NCBI GenBank assembly: GCA_023250515.1
Contig: JAHFAO010000001.1
Span: 1-59,120, forward strand
Direction of reading: 5' to 3'
DNA length: 59,120 nucleotides
Source of the DNA: Deltaproteobacteria bacterium
GTDB taxonomy: Bacteria; Desulfobacterota; Binatia; UBA9968
Shown: positions 10,737 to 18,687 of the stretch, piece by piece
How the letters are laid out: each line of letters opens with the position of its first letter
Numbering within the stretch: the stretch's first letter is position 1
The notes under the pieces: generated by a model
The model's input: only the letters and a program-made list of their open reading frames with translations
Database searches by the model: none
What the model was told of the DNA's origin: nothing
Translations under genes and position numbers: made by a program

Positions 10737-11180
10737 TTAAACTCTCAAGATTTCCAGCCCAAAGGCAACGTATCTACGAATAAGGGTAAAATCATCGGTG
10801 TTAAGGGTGACCACCTTAGCTCCTACGCCTCTGGCACTTAGTGCAATCAGGAGATCGTTAATGAAGCTACCGGTCAGGCGGTCGGCTTGATCCTTTCTGT
10901 CACCCCGCATCACCCCAAGAAGGCGACCGGCCTCTTCCCAAGCTGTATCGCTCGGGGTAACGATGCGACGGTTGCGCTTGAAAGGACGATAAAAACCTTC
11001 GACAACGGCCCGCTTCAATCTGTCAGTAGCGCCTGCCAGTAGTTCCTGAATCACGACCGAACTAAAAAACGTCCTGGGAATATCTGCTTCGTAGCGAGGG
11101 CGGAGAGCGTCAGCGAAGGTTTTGGAGCGGAGGATTTCTATGTAAACGCTTGTGTCATAGATGAGCTTTCCTCCATCCAC
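10737..11180 (-). CDS. vapC: type II toxin VapC (PIN-domain ribonuclease)
   Basis: PIN-like layout (LIYDTSVYIE..., VIQELLAG, ...NDLLIALSA..., TLNTDDF). GTG start at 11178-11180, 2 nt after the vapB stop. The track ORF start at 11231 overlaps vapB. Confidence 0.8.
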   Translation of the reverse strand: MDGGKLIYDTSVYIEILRSKTFADALRPRYEADIPRTFFSSVVIQELLAGATDRLKRAVVEGFYRPFKRNRRIVTPSDTAWEEAGRLLGVMRGDRKDQADRLTGSFINDLLIALSARGVGAKVVTLNTDDFTLIRRYVAFGLEILRV

Positions 11181-11181
11181 G

Positions 11182-11370
11182 TCACTCAACCCTAATATCA
11201 GGGAACCTACCAGCGGCCCGATCGTAGCCACGCATGGCCGCTTTGCGAAAAGCCACTAAAGAAATCGCTTGACGCACGGCATCGGACTCCGTTTTGGCTC
11301 TAAGTATTCGTTTGGCTTTTTTTAACGCCTGCTCATCCACCAGAAAGTTCTTCCGCTTCAGAGAACTCAT
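11182..11370 (-). CDS. vapB: type II antitoxin VapB-like
   Basis: 62-aa product MSSLKRKNFLVDEQALKKAKRILRAKTESDAVRQAI... resembles VapB/DUF2191 antitoxins. A GGAGG lies 5 nt upstream of the ATG at 11368-11370. Sits immediately upstream of the PIN toxin. Confidence 0.75.
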   Translation of the reverse strand: MSSLKRKNFLVDEQALKKAKRILRAKTESDAVRQAISLVAFRKAAMRGYDRAAGRFPDIRVE

Positions 11371-11402
11371 GATAGCCTCCATTGTGATGTATCTTTTCTG
11401 AA

Positions 11403-11431
11403 AATATACACCATACCCTTTTTCAGGTCAA
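11403..11431 (-). promoter_or_regulatory. sigma70-like promoter for vapBC
   Basis: Minus strand reads TTGACC, a 17-nt spacer, then TATATT, about 30 nt upstream of the vapB start. Confidence 0.55.
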
Positions 11432-11525
11432 TCGTCTGTGAAACAGCTTAGAAAAGCAAAAAGGCGTGAGTTTATGATGGAGAAGAAAGACCTTATGAGT
11501 TTCTCAATCCTTTGGGTCACAGGGT

Positions 11526-12224
11526 CTAAGAAATCAGCCCTTCGCGGAGTAGTGCTTCGGCAAACACGAGATCCTCAGGCACCGTTATCTTAATGTTGGA
11601 CGTGTGCCCTTCCAAAAGCCTAACGCTCTTTCCCAAACGTTCTACCAGCATCGCATCGTCAGTTGCTTCCGTGCCCTCTCGAGCTGCCCGATCATAGGCC
11701 TCCCGGATGATTTCGACCCTGAAAACCTGAGGTGTCTGAACCTCCCATAGGGAGTTTCTTGGAGGAGTTTCTCGGACACGCCGATCTTTGGACAGGACCT
11801 TAATGGTGTCCCGTACGGGGACACCCACCACCACGGCACCTTCTTTAAACGCTACCTCCACGCATCGGTCAATGAGACGGGAAGAAACAAAAGGACGGAC
11901 CCCGTCATGGATGACAACGACTTCGCAATCCGAATCAAGCCGGGATAATCCCCGGCTGACGGAATCCTGCCGCCTAGGACCCCCAGAGTGCAAGACGCAT
12001 TCAAGGCATCTGAGCTGAGAGTCAGACCGAATAAGGTTCTGACACCTGGCCATCTCTTTCTCTGCTGTGACCAGAACTACTTTGCGCACTGCCTGGGATT
12101 CAGCAAAACGGCTCAGAGTATGGAGAATCAGGGGGCGACTGCCAAGCGGTAGAAATGGTTTGGGAATATGCCTCCCTATTCTTTTCCCTTCACCTGCCGC
12201 AACAATCACGGCATTCACGCGCAT
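11526..12224 (-). CDS. ispD: 2-C-methyl-D-erythritol 4-phosphate cytidylyltransferase
   Basis: MRVNAVIVAAGEGKRIG N-terminus (ATG 12222-12224), VLVHDGVRPF-like VVIHDGVRPF motif, and ...TDDA... The track ORF extends 36 codons further upstream. Confidence 0.9.
   Translation of the reverse strand: MRVNAVIVAAGEGKRIGRHIPKPFLPLGSRPLILHTLSRFAESQAVRKVVLVTAEKEMARCQNLIRSDSQLRCLECVLHSGGPRRQDSVSRGLSRLDSDCEVVVIHDGVRPFVSSRLIDRCVEVAFKEGAVVVGVPVRDTIKVLSKDRRVRETPPRNSLWEVQTPQVFRVEIIREAYDRAAREGTEATDDAMLVERLGKSVRLLEGHTSNIKITVPEDLVFAEALLREGLIS
11537..11591. repeat. 55-bp direct repeat, copy 2 (inside the 3' end of ispD)
   Basis: Identical to 10276-10330. Encodes ...ITVPEDLVFAEALLREG of IspD. Confidence 0.95.
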
Positions 12225-12347
12225 AGAGACTCCGTAACCCAAAAAAACAAGAGCCGAGAGAATTCCCTCGGCCCTTAAATTAATAGACAGAGATTTGAGA
12301 CAGAGACCGCCTCCCCCGGGACTCTCTGTCACTGTCTCTATCTTTCT

Positions 12348-12830
12348 CTAATGAGTGAAAATATGGCGCAGCTCCTCCAGGATCTTCTCTTCCGAGTGGG
12401 AGCGAGCAATAGAGAGCTCTTTGACAAGCAGGTTCCTCGCAGTATCCAGCATCTTCCGCTCCCCGAAAGAGAGTTCCTTATCTCCTTTCAGGACAAACAG
12501 ATCGCGCAGTACCTTAGCAATCTCAATGATGGATCCGGTCTTGATTTTCTCCGTGTATTCTCGATAGCGTCGGTTCCATGTCTGCTGGTCCGCTTCCACT
12601 TTCTTTTGGCGTAAAACCTTATACACCTGAGATACCATATTTCTATCGATGATCTTCCTCAACCCAACGGACTCAACATTGTCGATCGGAATCATAATCT
12701 TCATATCGGTATCGAGAATACGAAGCATATAAAATCTCTTTTCCGTCCCCGAGATAACTTGGCTACGGATGGCCTCAATCTCTCCCACCCCATGGGCGGG
12801 GTAAACGACTTTCTCACCAACTTTAAACAT
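12348..12830 (-). CDS. carD: CarD/CdnL family transcriptional regulator
   Basis: MFKVGEKVVYPAHGVGEIEAI... matches the CarD_TRCF RNAP-interaction domain and is followed by a helical C-terminal domain. carD-ispD synteny is common. Confidence 0.9.
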   Translation of the reverse strand: MFKVGEKVVYPAHGVGEIEAIRSQVISGTEKRFYMLRILDTDMKIMIPIDNVESVGLRKIIDRNMVSQVYKVLRQKKVEADQQTWNRRYREYTEKIKTGSIIEIAKVLRDLFVLKGDKELSFGERKMLDTARNLLVKELSIARSHSEEKILEELRHIFTH

Positions 12831-13072
12831 TACGACCTCCTGGAAAAGGATGGCTTCGCCGCCTCTCTTGATCATGGGGGACGTGAATAGTGCGGTTAAG
12901 AAGATAGGAAACGGGAAGAAGGACGTTTGTTAAAGATAAGGGCTGAGAAACTCGGCAGGAAACCTCTGAACGTTTGTAATTTGAAACTCGCGCAGCCAAA
13001 GCTCGTCCTGTCCCCCAAAAGCTGCAAAAAAATTAGCGGCCGCAGACTTCAGATAGATACTTAAGCCAACCC

Positions 13073-13102
13073 AACCATACAACTTTGTGATGTTTCAGTC
13101 AA
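13073..13102 (-). promoter_or_regulatory. candidate sigma70 promoter upstream of carD
   Basis: Minus strand reads TTGACT, an 18-nt spacer, then TATGGT, within the AT-rich 310-bp intergenic region. Confidence 0.3.
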
Positions 13103-13185
13103 GGGAGGTAGATAAAAAAAGAATTGCTATGTTTCTTAGTAAGTTAGCATTAATATATTAAGTGCTTATTTAGGTTGATAAATGC

Positions 13186-13695
13186 CTAGCTGTCGAATTC
13201 GAGCGCCATAGCCAGGGCATCCTCGCCATCATCTGAATAGTAACCCTTGCGCACGCCCCGCGCAGCAAAACCCAGAGACTGGTAAAGCCGCTGTGCCGCT
13301 TCGTTAGATTTTCTCACCTCAAGCGTTATGCGACTTGATCTATGGTCTCTTGCCTCATCAATCACCGCCTGCAAGAGGGAACGCCCAATCCCTCGGCGGC
13401 GGTAGGCCGGATGCACAGCGAGGTTGTGGATATCTACCTCACTCAGCAAAAGCCAGTAGATAATATAGCCGACGATTCTCTCCCCCAAAACGGCCAGCAG
13501 ATAGCGAGCACAAGGCACTCTGAGCTCTTGAAGAAAGAACCGGGCACTCCAAGGATAGGAGAAAGATGCCCTCTCGATAGTCATGATCTCATCGAGATCC
13601 GACGGGTTCATCTGTCTAAGATGAACACCACATTCAGGAACAAGAAAGCCACGGGGCTCCCCATCTTCCAGTGGCTTCTCTCCCGATCTTTCCAT
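13186..13695 (-). CDS. rimI: ribosomal-protein-alanine N-acetyltransferase (GNAT)
   Basis: GNAT acetyl-CoA motif HPAYRRRGIGRSLL. Size and layout match RimI. Confidence 0.8.
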   Translation of the reverse strand: MERSGEKPLEDGEPRGFLVPECGVHLRQMNPSDLDEIMTIERASFSYPWSARFFLQELRVPCARYLLAVLGERIVGYIIYWLLLSEVDIHNLAVHPAYRRRGIGRSLLQAVIDEARDHRSSRITLEVRKSNEAAQRLYQSLGFAARGVRKGYYSDDGEDALAMALEFDS

Positions 13696-13708
13696 GACAT
13701 TCTTATTC

Positions 13709-14671
13709 CTAGAGATGGCTACGCTCCCGGCCCTTACGAGTCTCTTTTTTCAAAAGAAGGACCTCTAACACTTTATCTTCAAAGCGATGGGAAAATCCAT
13801 CGATCCTTTCGTGCAAAGGAATAACCGTCGTAAATTCAGGTGGAAAGGCCCCTACGCTGGAAGAGATCTTCCTTACCCTCTCATCCGTGCACCTTCCCCT
13901 GACAATGAAATGCCCGTCCTTCAAAACCAGATCATAGTCATAATCCGGCATCTCATCGGGAAGCTCCGATCTCAGTGGATGCCCGATATCGGGAACCTTT
14001 GTAGGAAATTCAACACGGAGAAGATAGGCTCTGCCCCAATCCTCAATCGTGTAGACGTTGCCGTAACGTCGCTCCCGCTCCATTTTCTCAACAAAACCCC
14101 TTCCATAAAACCCATCCACGGGAATAGGCGCGCTTCGGATGATTCCTGCATGCCGAGCCATGATGGGTTGGAGCGCATAGGATAAGGGGACACCATAAAA
14201 AGCGGCTCTAAAGGTCATCTCCCCAGCGGGCTTGGTATAGAAAATTCCTTCCCTAAGGCGGTATGCCCCTTCGAGAAAACTCAGAAAAACACCGATGAGA
14301 ACATAGAGGTTGATTTTTTGGCTAAACAGAACATCCACTCCTGCGAGTGCCACAGCCAAACCCATGAACACCAGAGGATAGAGGATCGTGTTGATCAAGA
14401 TATTCAACCCTGTGGAACCTATTAGGCTAAAGAAAAAGCTATTTCCGACTGCTCTCTCCAGATCTTTTTTCGCCTGCTGCGGCAACGCACCCAGAAGAGG
14501 CTGAGAGAGAAAAATAACAATTCGCGGCAGCCTCCTTGCTAACAGGCCTTTCTTTTCAAACTGGAGAAGGATTTCTTTGAAGCTTACGGGGAGCTCCCCA
14601 GGAAAGCGCTTCTCGGGTTTAATGGCCTTAGGGGCTTGAGCCGGTTTTTCGCTGGTGATCATCGTCGCCAT
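13709..14671 (-). CDS. membrane protein with C-terminal HSP20/alpha-crystallin-like domain
   Basis: Central hydrophobic helices. The C-terminal ~110 aa (YLLRVEFP...YDLVLKDGHFIVRGR...FTTVIPLHERID...FEDKVLEVLLLKK) resemble an alpha-crystallin-domain beta-sandwich. Confidence 0.45.
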   Translation of the reverse strand: MATMITSEKPAQAPKAIKPEKRFPGELPVSFKEILLQFEKKGLLARRLPRIVIFLSQPLLGALPQQAKKDLERAVGNSFFFSLIGSTGLNILINTILYPLVFMGLAVALAGVDVLFSQKINLYVLIGVFLSFLEGAYRLREGIFYTKPAGEMTFRAAFYGVPLSYALQPIMARHAGIIRSAPIPVDGFYGRGFVEKMERERRYGNVYTIEDWGRAYLLRVEFPTKVPDIGHPLRSELPDEMPDYDYDLVLKDGHFIVRGRCTDERVRKISSSVGAFPPEFTTVIPLHERIDGFSHRFEDKVLEVLLLKKETRKGRERSHL

Positions 14672-14783
14672 TGAAAATATCTCCCTAACTTTCTGTTTTT
14701 AATTACTTGTTTCGCCCGCTGTTGTCAATAATTCAACCCTGAGCTTGAAAGTGGAGGAAAATCCATGCTAGACATAAACCAAG

Positions 14784-14859
14784 GGCGGCGTACCCAAGTG
14801 GTTAAGGGAGAGGTCTGCAAAACCTCGATGCAGCGGTTCGAATCCGCTCGCCGCCTCCA
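14784..14859 (+). tRNA. tRNA-Cys (GCA)
   Basis: Cloverleaf read by eye. Acceptor GGCGGCG/CGCCGCC, A13-A22 mismatch in the D stem, anticodon stem GAGGU/ACCUC with loop CUGCAAA, T arm AGCGG-UUCGAAU-CCGCU, discriminator U73, encoded CCA. Confidence 0.93.
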
Positions 14860-14973
14860 ACTCTCGCCGAGTGCGCCAACTGACACCTGTCCCCAACGCT
14901 TTCTGCATACAAATTCCGACCGCCTTGAACCTGCAGGAAAAAGTGTGGTAAGAGCCCTTTTTCTAGTTTTGCC

Positions 14974-15564
14974 ATGGAGACCCTCCTCCAATATTTTATT
15001 GACTACCGTTACCTCGTGATCTTTCTTGGGACCTTTATTGAAGGAGAAGTGGTCCTGATCGCTGGCGGATTTCTTGTCTACGAGGGACATTTAGACTTTA
15101 CTGTTCTGGTACTCCTCGCCACACTGGCCGCTATCGTCGGGGATAACATTTTTTACTGGGTAGGCCGCCGTCAAAGAGTTGGAACTAGACACCCTTGGGC
15201 CGCCCGTCTGCTGAACTTCATCGGAGAGCATCGGCTATTTAAAGGAGAGGAGTTTGTGCGACGGCACGGTGGGAAATCTGTTTTCTTCATCCGTTTCTTC
15301 TATGGACTTCGCTATGCCGGTGCCATGACCGCAGGTCTATTAGGAATGGAGATTGGACGCTTCTTCTTCTTCAACCTTATCGGATCCTTCATCTGGGCCG
15401 TGATCATCGGAGCCTTAGGTTACGTTTTTGGTCAGAGTCTTGAGGCCATCGCAAAAGGAGTAAAGCTGGCAGAGATCGGATTCCTGCTCGTAGTGGCCGG
15501 CCTCCTTGCTATCTACGTACTCAACAAGAGAAAAAAAAGAAAAAAACGCCAGGGGCCAGTTTAA
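14974..15564 (+). CDS. DedA family membrane protein
   Basis: YRYLVIFLGTFIEGEVVLIAGGFL and FFIRFFYGLRYAGAMTAG motifs of DedA/SNARE-associated proteins. Lys/Arg-rich tail. Confidence 0.85.
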   Translation: METLLQYFIDYRYLVIFLGTFIEGEVVLIAGGFLVYEGHLDFTVLVLLATLAAIVGDNIFYWVGRRQRVGTRHPWAARLLNFIGEHRLFKGEEFVRRHGGKSVFFIRFFYGLRYAGAMTAGLLGMEIGRFFFFNLIGSFIWAVIIGALGYVFGQSLEAIAKGVKLAEIGFLLVVAGLLAIYVLNKRKKRKKRQGPV

Positions 15565-15567
15565 AAC

Positions 15568-15843
15568 CTATGTGTGCCTCCCCAAAAGTTGATCGAGCTC
15601 TCCGCTTGCATCAAGGCGTCTAAGGTCGTCGAATCCGCCGACCGATTTTCCATTAATAAAGATCTGAGGTACACTCCTTCGGCCAGACAATCGCTGCACC
15701 TCCTCCTGTAGGCGCCCATCATGGGTTACATCGATCTCTTCGAAATCCACGTTCTTGGAACGGAGAAGGGTCTTAGCATGGCTGCAGAAGGGACAGTAAT
15801 CCTTGGTATAGATGACGACTCTTGGCACGTTGCTGTCCTTCAC
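15568..15843 (-). CDS. glutaredoxin (Grx3-like)
   Basis: VVIYTKDYCPFCSHAK (CPFC active site), RRSVPQIFINGKSVGGFDDL. Start placed at the GTG at 15841-15843. The track ORF runs to 15954 and would overlap the upstream gene. Confidence 0.85.
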   Translation of the reverse strand: MKDSNVPRVVIYTKDYCPFCSHAKTLLRSKNVDFEEIDVTHDGRLQEEVQRLSGRRSVPQIFINGKSVGGFDDLRRLDASGELDQLLGRHT

Positions 15844-15899
15844 GACGCATTCATATCCCAAAAGAATATGATGCCTTTGGAGGTCGGAAGAATCAATAT

Positions 15900-17072
15900 C
15901 TAGGGAGTTGGCCTGTCGAAGCCAGCGCGGAGCAATCTCCAGCCCCACTTGCACCCCAGCCTTAAGGGACGCATCGGGTAATAGAGAAAGCCAAGGGAGG
16001 AAGGGAGTCGAAGGAGGCGGTAATCCGCAATCGTCGGAACAAGGAGGGTATGAAAAAGAGAGGGGAGAGTTTCTGAGGGCCCTCCCAACAGGCGACTGAG
16101 GAAAAGAGCAGCCTTGATCGTGTCGCTCGGGGAGGGGTTATCGGGGAAAAGTTTAAGCCACGTTGGAAGAACCCTGAGAGAAAAAATTGCTGGGATCGGT
16201 GTATCAAAGAGAGCATGGCAGGCGCTTAGGGTAAGCGATACGATCTCCTCCCACCCAAAACGCTTTGCCTTTTCTCTTACCTTCTCCCAATCAATCTTCC
16301 CAAGGGAGCAAACCTCGTGGATATCAACGAGCCACTTGAGCCCTTGCCAGCGGTGACGGGCGGCATGAGTAATAAGAAAAAGAAGCTCCCACTCGGGGCT
16401 TAATCTATAAGCGGGAACCCCGAAGTAGTTTTTTGGTCGAGCCTCAGCCCAGAGGTCCTCCGTGGAGTCTCCATCGAATGGAGTCCCACCTAGAACTCCC
16501 CAGTGGATTTCAAGCACGTAACAGATCCCTCTCTCCTCCCGGACCAGGCCGTATTCAATATTGGTAGCCAGCAGGAGGTCAGCGAAAAATCGTTCCGTGA
16601 CCTCGGCTCTGTACCCTCTTGCGAGAATAAGATGAAAACCCTGAGGCACCATCTGACGCGGAACAAGGATGTCGATATCCGCGCAGGTTCTAAGCGTTAT
16701 ATCACCATAGAGGGATTCGGCCAGTGTAACGCCCTTCAGCGGAATCACGGGCACTTGAGCCTCATCGAGCAGCCGCAACACTTGTGTGAGCTCCTGAGCA
16801 AGAAGCGTATTTCGAAGGGCGTTAATCCGGTAGGAGGCCTCTAGCTCCGTGCGGATGTCTACGGGAACACCAGGAAACCCCAGCATCTGAAGGTTATGAT
16901 AGAGTAAGGGAAACACACCTTGCGCCGATGCAAGCCCAAGGACCCTTTCCCAGCAGAGCGTCGTCGCGAGCAACGCGCGGGCTTGCCCCTGCACATGAGG
17001 AACGAGTTCTCTCCTTGCGAGAAGCAGGCAGAGCTGATCTTCGGAAAATGATATCGGTTCGGATCCCGGCAT
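15900..17072 (-). CDS. uncharacterised nucleotidyltransferase family protein (NTP_transf_5-like), paralog 3
   Basis: Layout shared with 25725-26900 and the N-terminal part of 18688-20439: LLLARxxL..., WERVLGLASAQGVFPLLY, DIDILV, EIHW, HAARHRWQGLKWLVDI. Confidence 0.7.
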   Translation of the reverse strand: MPGSEPISFSEDQLCLLLARRELVPHVQGQARALLATTLCWERVLGLASAQGVFPLLYHNLQMLGFPGVPVDIRTELEASYRINALRNTLLAQELTQVLRLLDEAQVPVIPLKGVTLAESLYGDITLRTCADIDILVPRQMVPQGFHLILARGYRAEVTERFFADLLLATNIEYGLVREERGICYVLEIHWGVLGGTPFDGDSTEDLWAEARPKNYFGVPAYRLSPEWELLFLITHAARHRWQGLKWLVDIHEVCSLGKIDWEKVREKAKRFGWEEIVSLTLSACHALFDTPIPAIFSLRVLPTWLKLFPDNPSPSDTIKAALFLSRLLGGPSETLPSLFHTLLVPTIADYRLLRLPSSLGFLYYPMRPLRLGCKWGWRLLRAGFDRPTP

Positions 17073-17078
17073 TTACTT

Positions 17079-17873
17079 TTAGTAGTGGCTGAGGGTTCCA
17101 GTGGCCCTTACACGACGCACCCCTAGGCTAAACCCGACGAGGCTCAGAGGCAGGCCGACCACACCAAAGAGGGCCAGCATCCAGATTTGCGGAAGGAGCT
17201 CTACCACAGCACCTCCTCCAAGCAGGGCCGCCCGCATCCCCTCCAGCGCGTGAGTGATGGGCAGCAACTGGGCGGTTTGTTGGAGAAATGGGGGTAGCAC
17301 TTCAAGAGGGTAGAACACACCGCCTAAAAGCCATGAGAGACTACCGAAGAGCCAGAGCAACGGGTCTCCCCGCTTAAAGACCAATGTAAATGTAGCGGAG
17401 ATAATGCCGATGCTGCTGAAGGCCAAAAGAGAGAGGAGGAAGAGGAGAAGCGCGGCCGTAAGGTTGGCCCGCGCAAGGGATAGACCGAACAAAATCCCGC
17501 CGAGGAGGTAGAGCCCGGCATCCACCACAGCGCGCAAAAGTGGGTACAGGGAGGAAAAGAACATGAGGGATAGGGGAGATATCGGCGTGGCCAACACTGC
17601 CTTCAGTGTCCCCATTAGTTGATTACCTCTGATCCCTTGAGCAAAACAGGCCAGGGAGGTGGTCATGTAGCCGTTGACAGCCATGCCGACCAGGATGAAC
17701 GGGAAAGAGGCATAGCCTTGGGTTGTCTTCTCGCCCAAGAGCTGGGCAAGAAAATAAAAGGCCGCGATGCCGAGCAGTATATCGAGAGCTTGAAGGGAAA
17801 AAGAAAGCTTATAACTCACGTCGGTTAGCAGGTCCCGCTTAAAAAAAGCCCAGGCTTTCCATGCCCCTTGCAT
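17079..17873 (-). CDS. ABC-2 type transporter permease
   Basis: 264 aa with about 6 TM helices. Directly abuts the ATPase gene (stop/start 17873/17874). Confidence 0.8.
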   Translation of the reverse strand: MQGAWKAWAFFKRDLLTDVSYKLSFSLQALDILLGIAAFYFLAQLLGEKTTQGYASFPFILVGMAVNGYMTTSLACFAQGIRGNQLMGTLKAVLATPISPLSLMFFSSLYPLLRAVVDAGLYLLGGILFGLSLARANLTAALLLFLLSLLAFSSIGIISATFTLVFKRGDPLLWLFGSLSWLLGGVFYPLEVLPPFLQQTAQLLPITHALEGMRAALLGGGAVVELLPQIWMLALFGVVGLPLSLVGFSLGVRRVRATGTLSHY

Positions 17874-18665
17874 TCAGCGCTCCGCACCCACAGCTCTCTC
17901 AAAGGCCGCTGCCAGGTCCCCCGCCCCAAGAGCCCCTTTTACCTCCGAGGGAGTGCCCACACTCAAAATGCTTCCCTGGTGCATGATTGATACCCTGTCG
18001 CACACCTCCTCGGCCTCCGCTAGGCTATGCGTAACGAGAAGCACCGTTTTCCCCATCTCCTCTGCCAGAGTCCTGCGGAGAAACCTCCGAACCTCTTGCT
18101 GCAACAGTGGGTCAAGACTTTTGGTCGGCTCATCGAGAAGTAGGATAGATGGATCGGTAAGGAGAGCCCGGGCTAGAGAGAGCCGCTGCTTCATCCCCTC
18201 CGAAAAACACTGAAAAGCGGCATGCCTTGTACCGTCCATACCTACCAAGTCCAATAATACTCCAATTTTCTCCTTCGCCTTCCTTGGTGGCAAATCGTTC
18301 AGCAGGGCGAAGAATTCGAGGTTTCCCAGTCCCGTAAGCCGGGGATAGAAACTCTGGGATGCCGAAGGGCAGTACCCCACGATCTTTCTCACCTGGGCCG
18401 CCTGCCTTACCAACTCATAACCCCCCACCCACACACGCCCGCTCGTAGGGAGAAGAAGAGTCGAGAGAATCTCCAGGAAGGTGCTCTTCCCTGCGCCGTT
18501 TGCACCAAGCAAGCCCAAAACCTCGCCCGTGAAGATTTCCAGATTAATTTTCCTCAAGACCTCTATCCGCTCTGGGCGAAAGGGGTGCCGGAGAAGTGTT
18601 TTGAGGTTCTTTGCCGTGGGGAAGGTTTTTGAGAGGTTCTGGACAGAGATAGCCACGCTGTTCAT
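17874..18665 (-). CDS. ABC transporter ATP-binding protein
   Basis: Walker A GANGAGKST, signature SEGMKQRLSLA, Walker B ILLLDEP, H-loop THS. Confidence 0.92.
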   Translation of the reverse strand: MNSVAISVQNLSKTFPTAKNLKTLLRHPFRPERIEVLRKINLEIFTGEVLGLLGANGAGKSTFLEILSTLLLPTSGRVWVGGYELVRQAAQVRKIVGYCPSASQSFYPRLTGLGNLEFFALLNDLPPRKAKEKIGVLLDLVGMDGTRHAAFQCFSEGMKQRLSLARALLTDPSILLLDEPTKSLDPLLQQEVRRFLRRTLAEEMGKTVLLVTHSLAEAEEVCDRVSIMHQGSILSVGTPSEVKGALGAGDLAAAFERAVGAER

Positions 18666-18687
18666 CGTTCGCTGAGATCCTGGCCGC

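Noticed and set aside
14725-15090. A 121-aa minus-strand ORF.
   Set aside because: It runs antisense across the well-formed tRNA-Cys gene and into the dedA start, so it is not credible as a gene.
15529-15546. An A-rich homopolymeric tract (A8-G-A7) that could act as a slippery or phase-variable site.
   Set aside because: It lies at the extreme 3' end of dedA and simply encodes the Lys/Arg-rich tail (KRKKRKKRQ). A frameshift there would have little effect.
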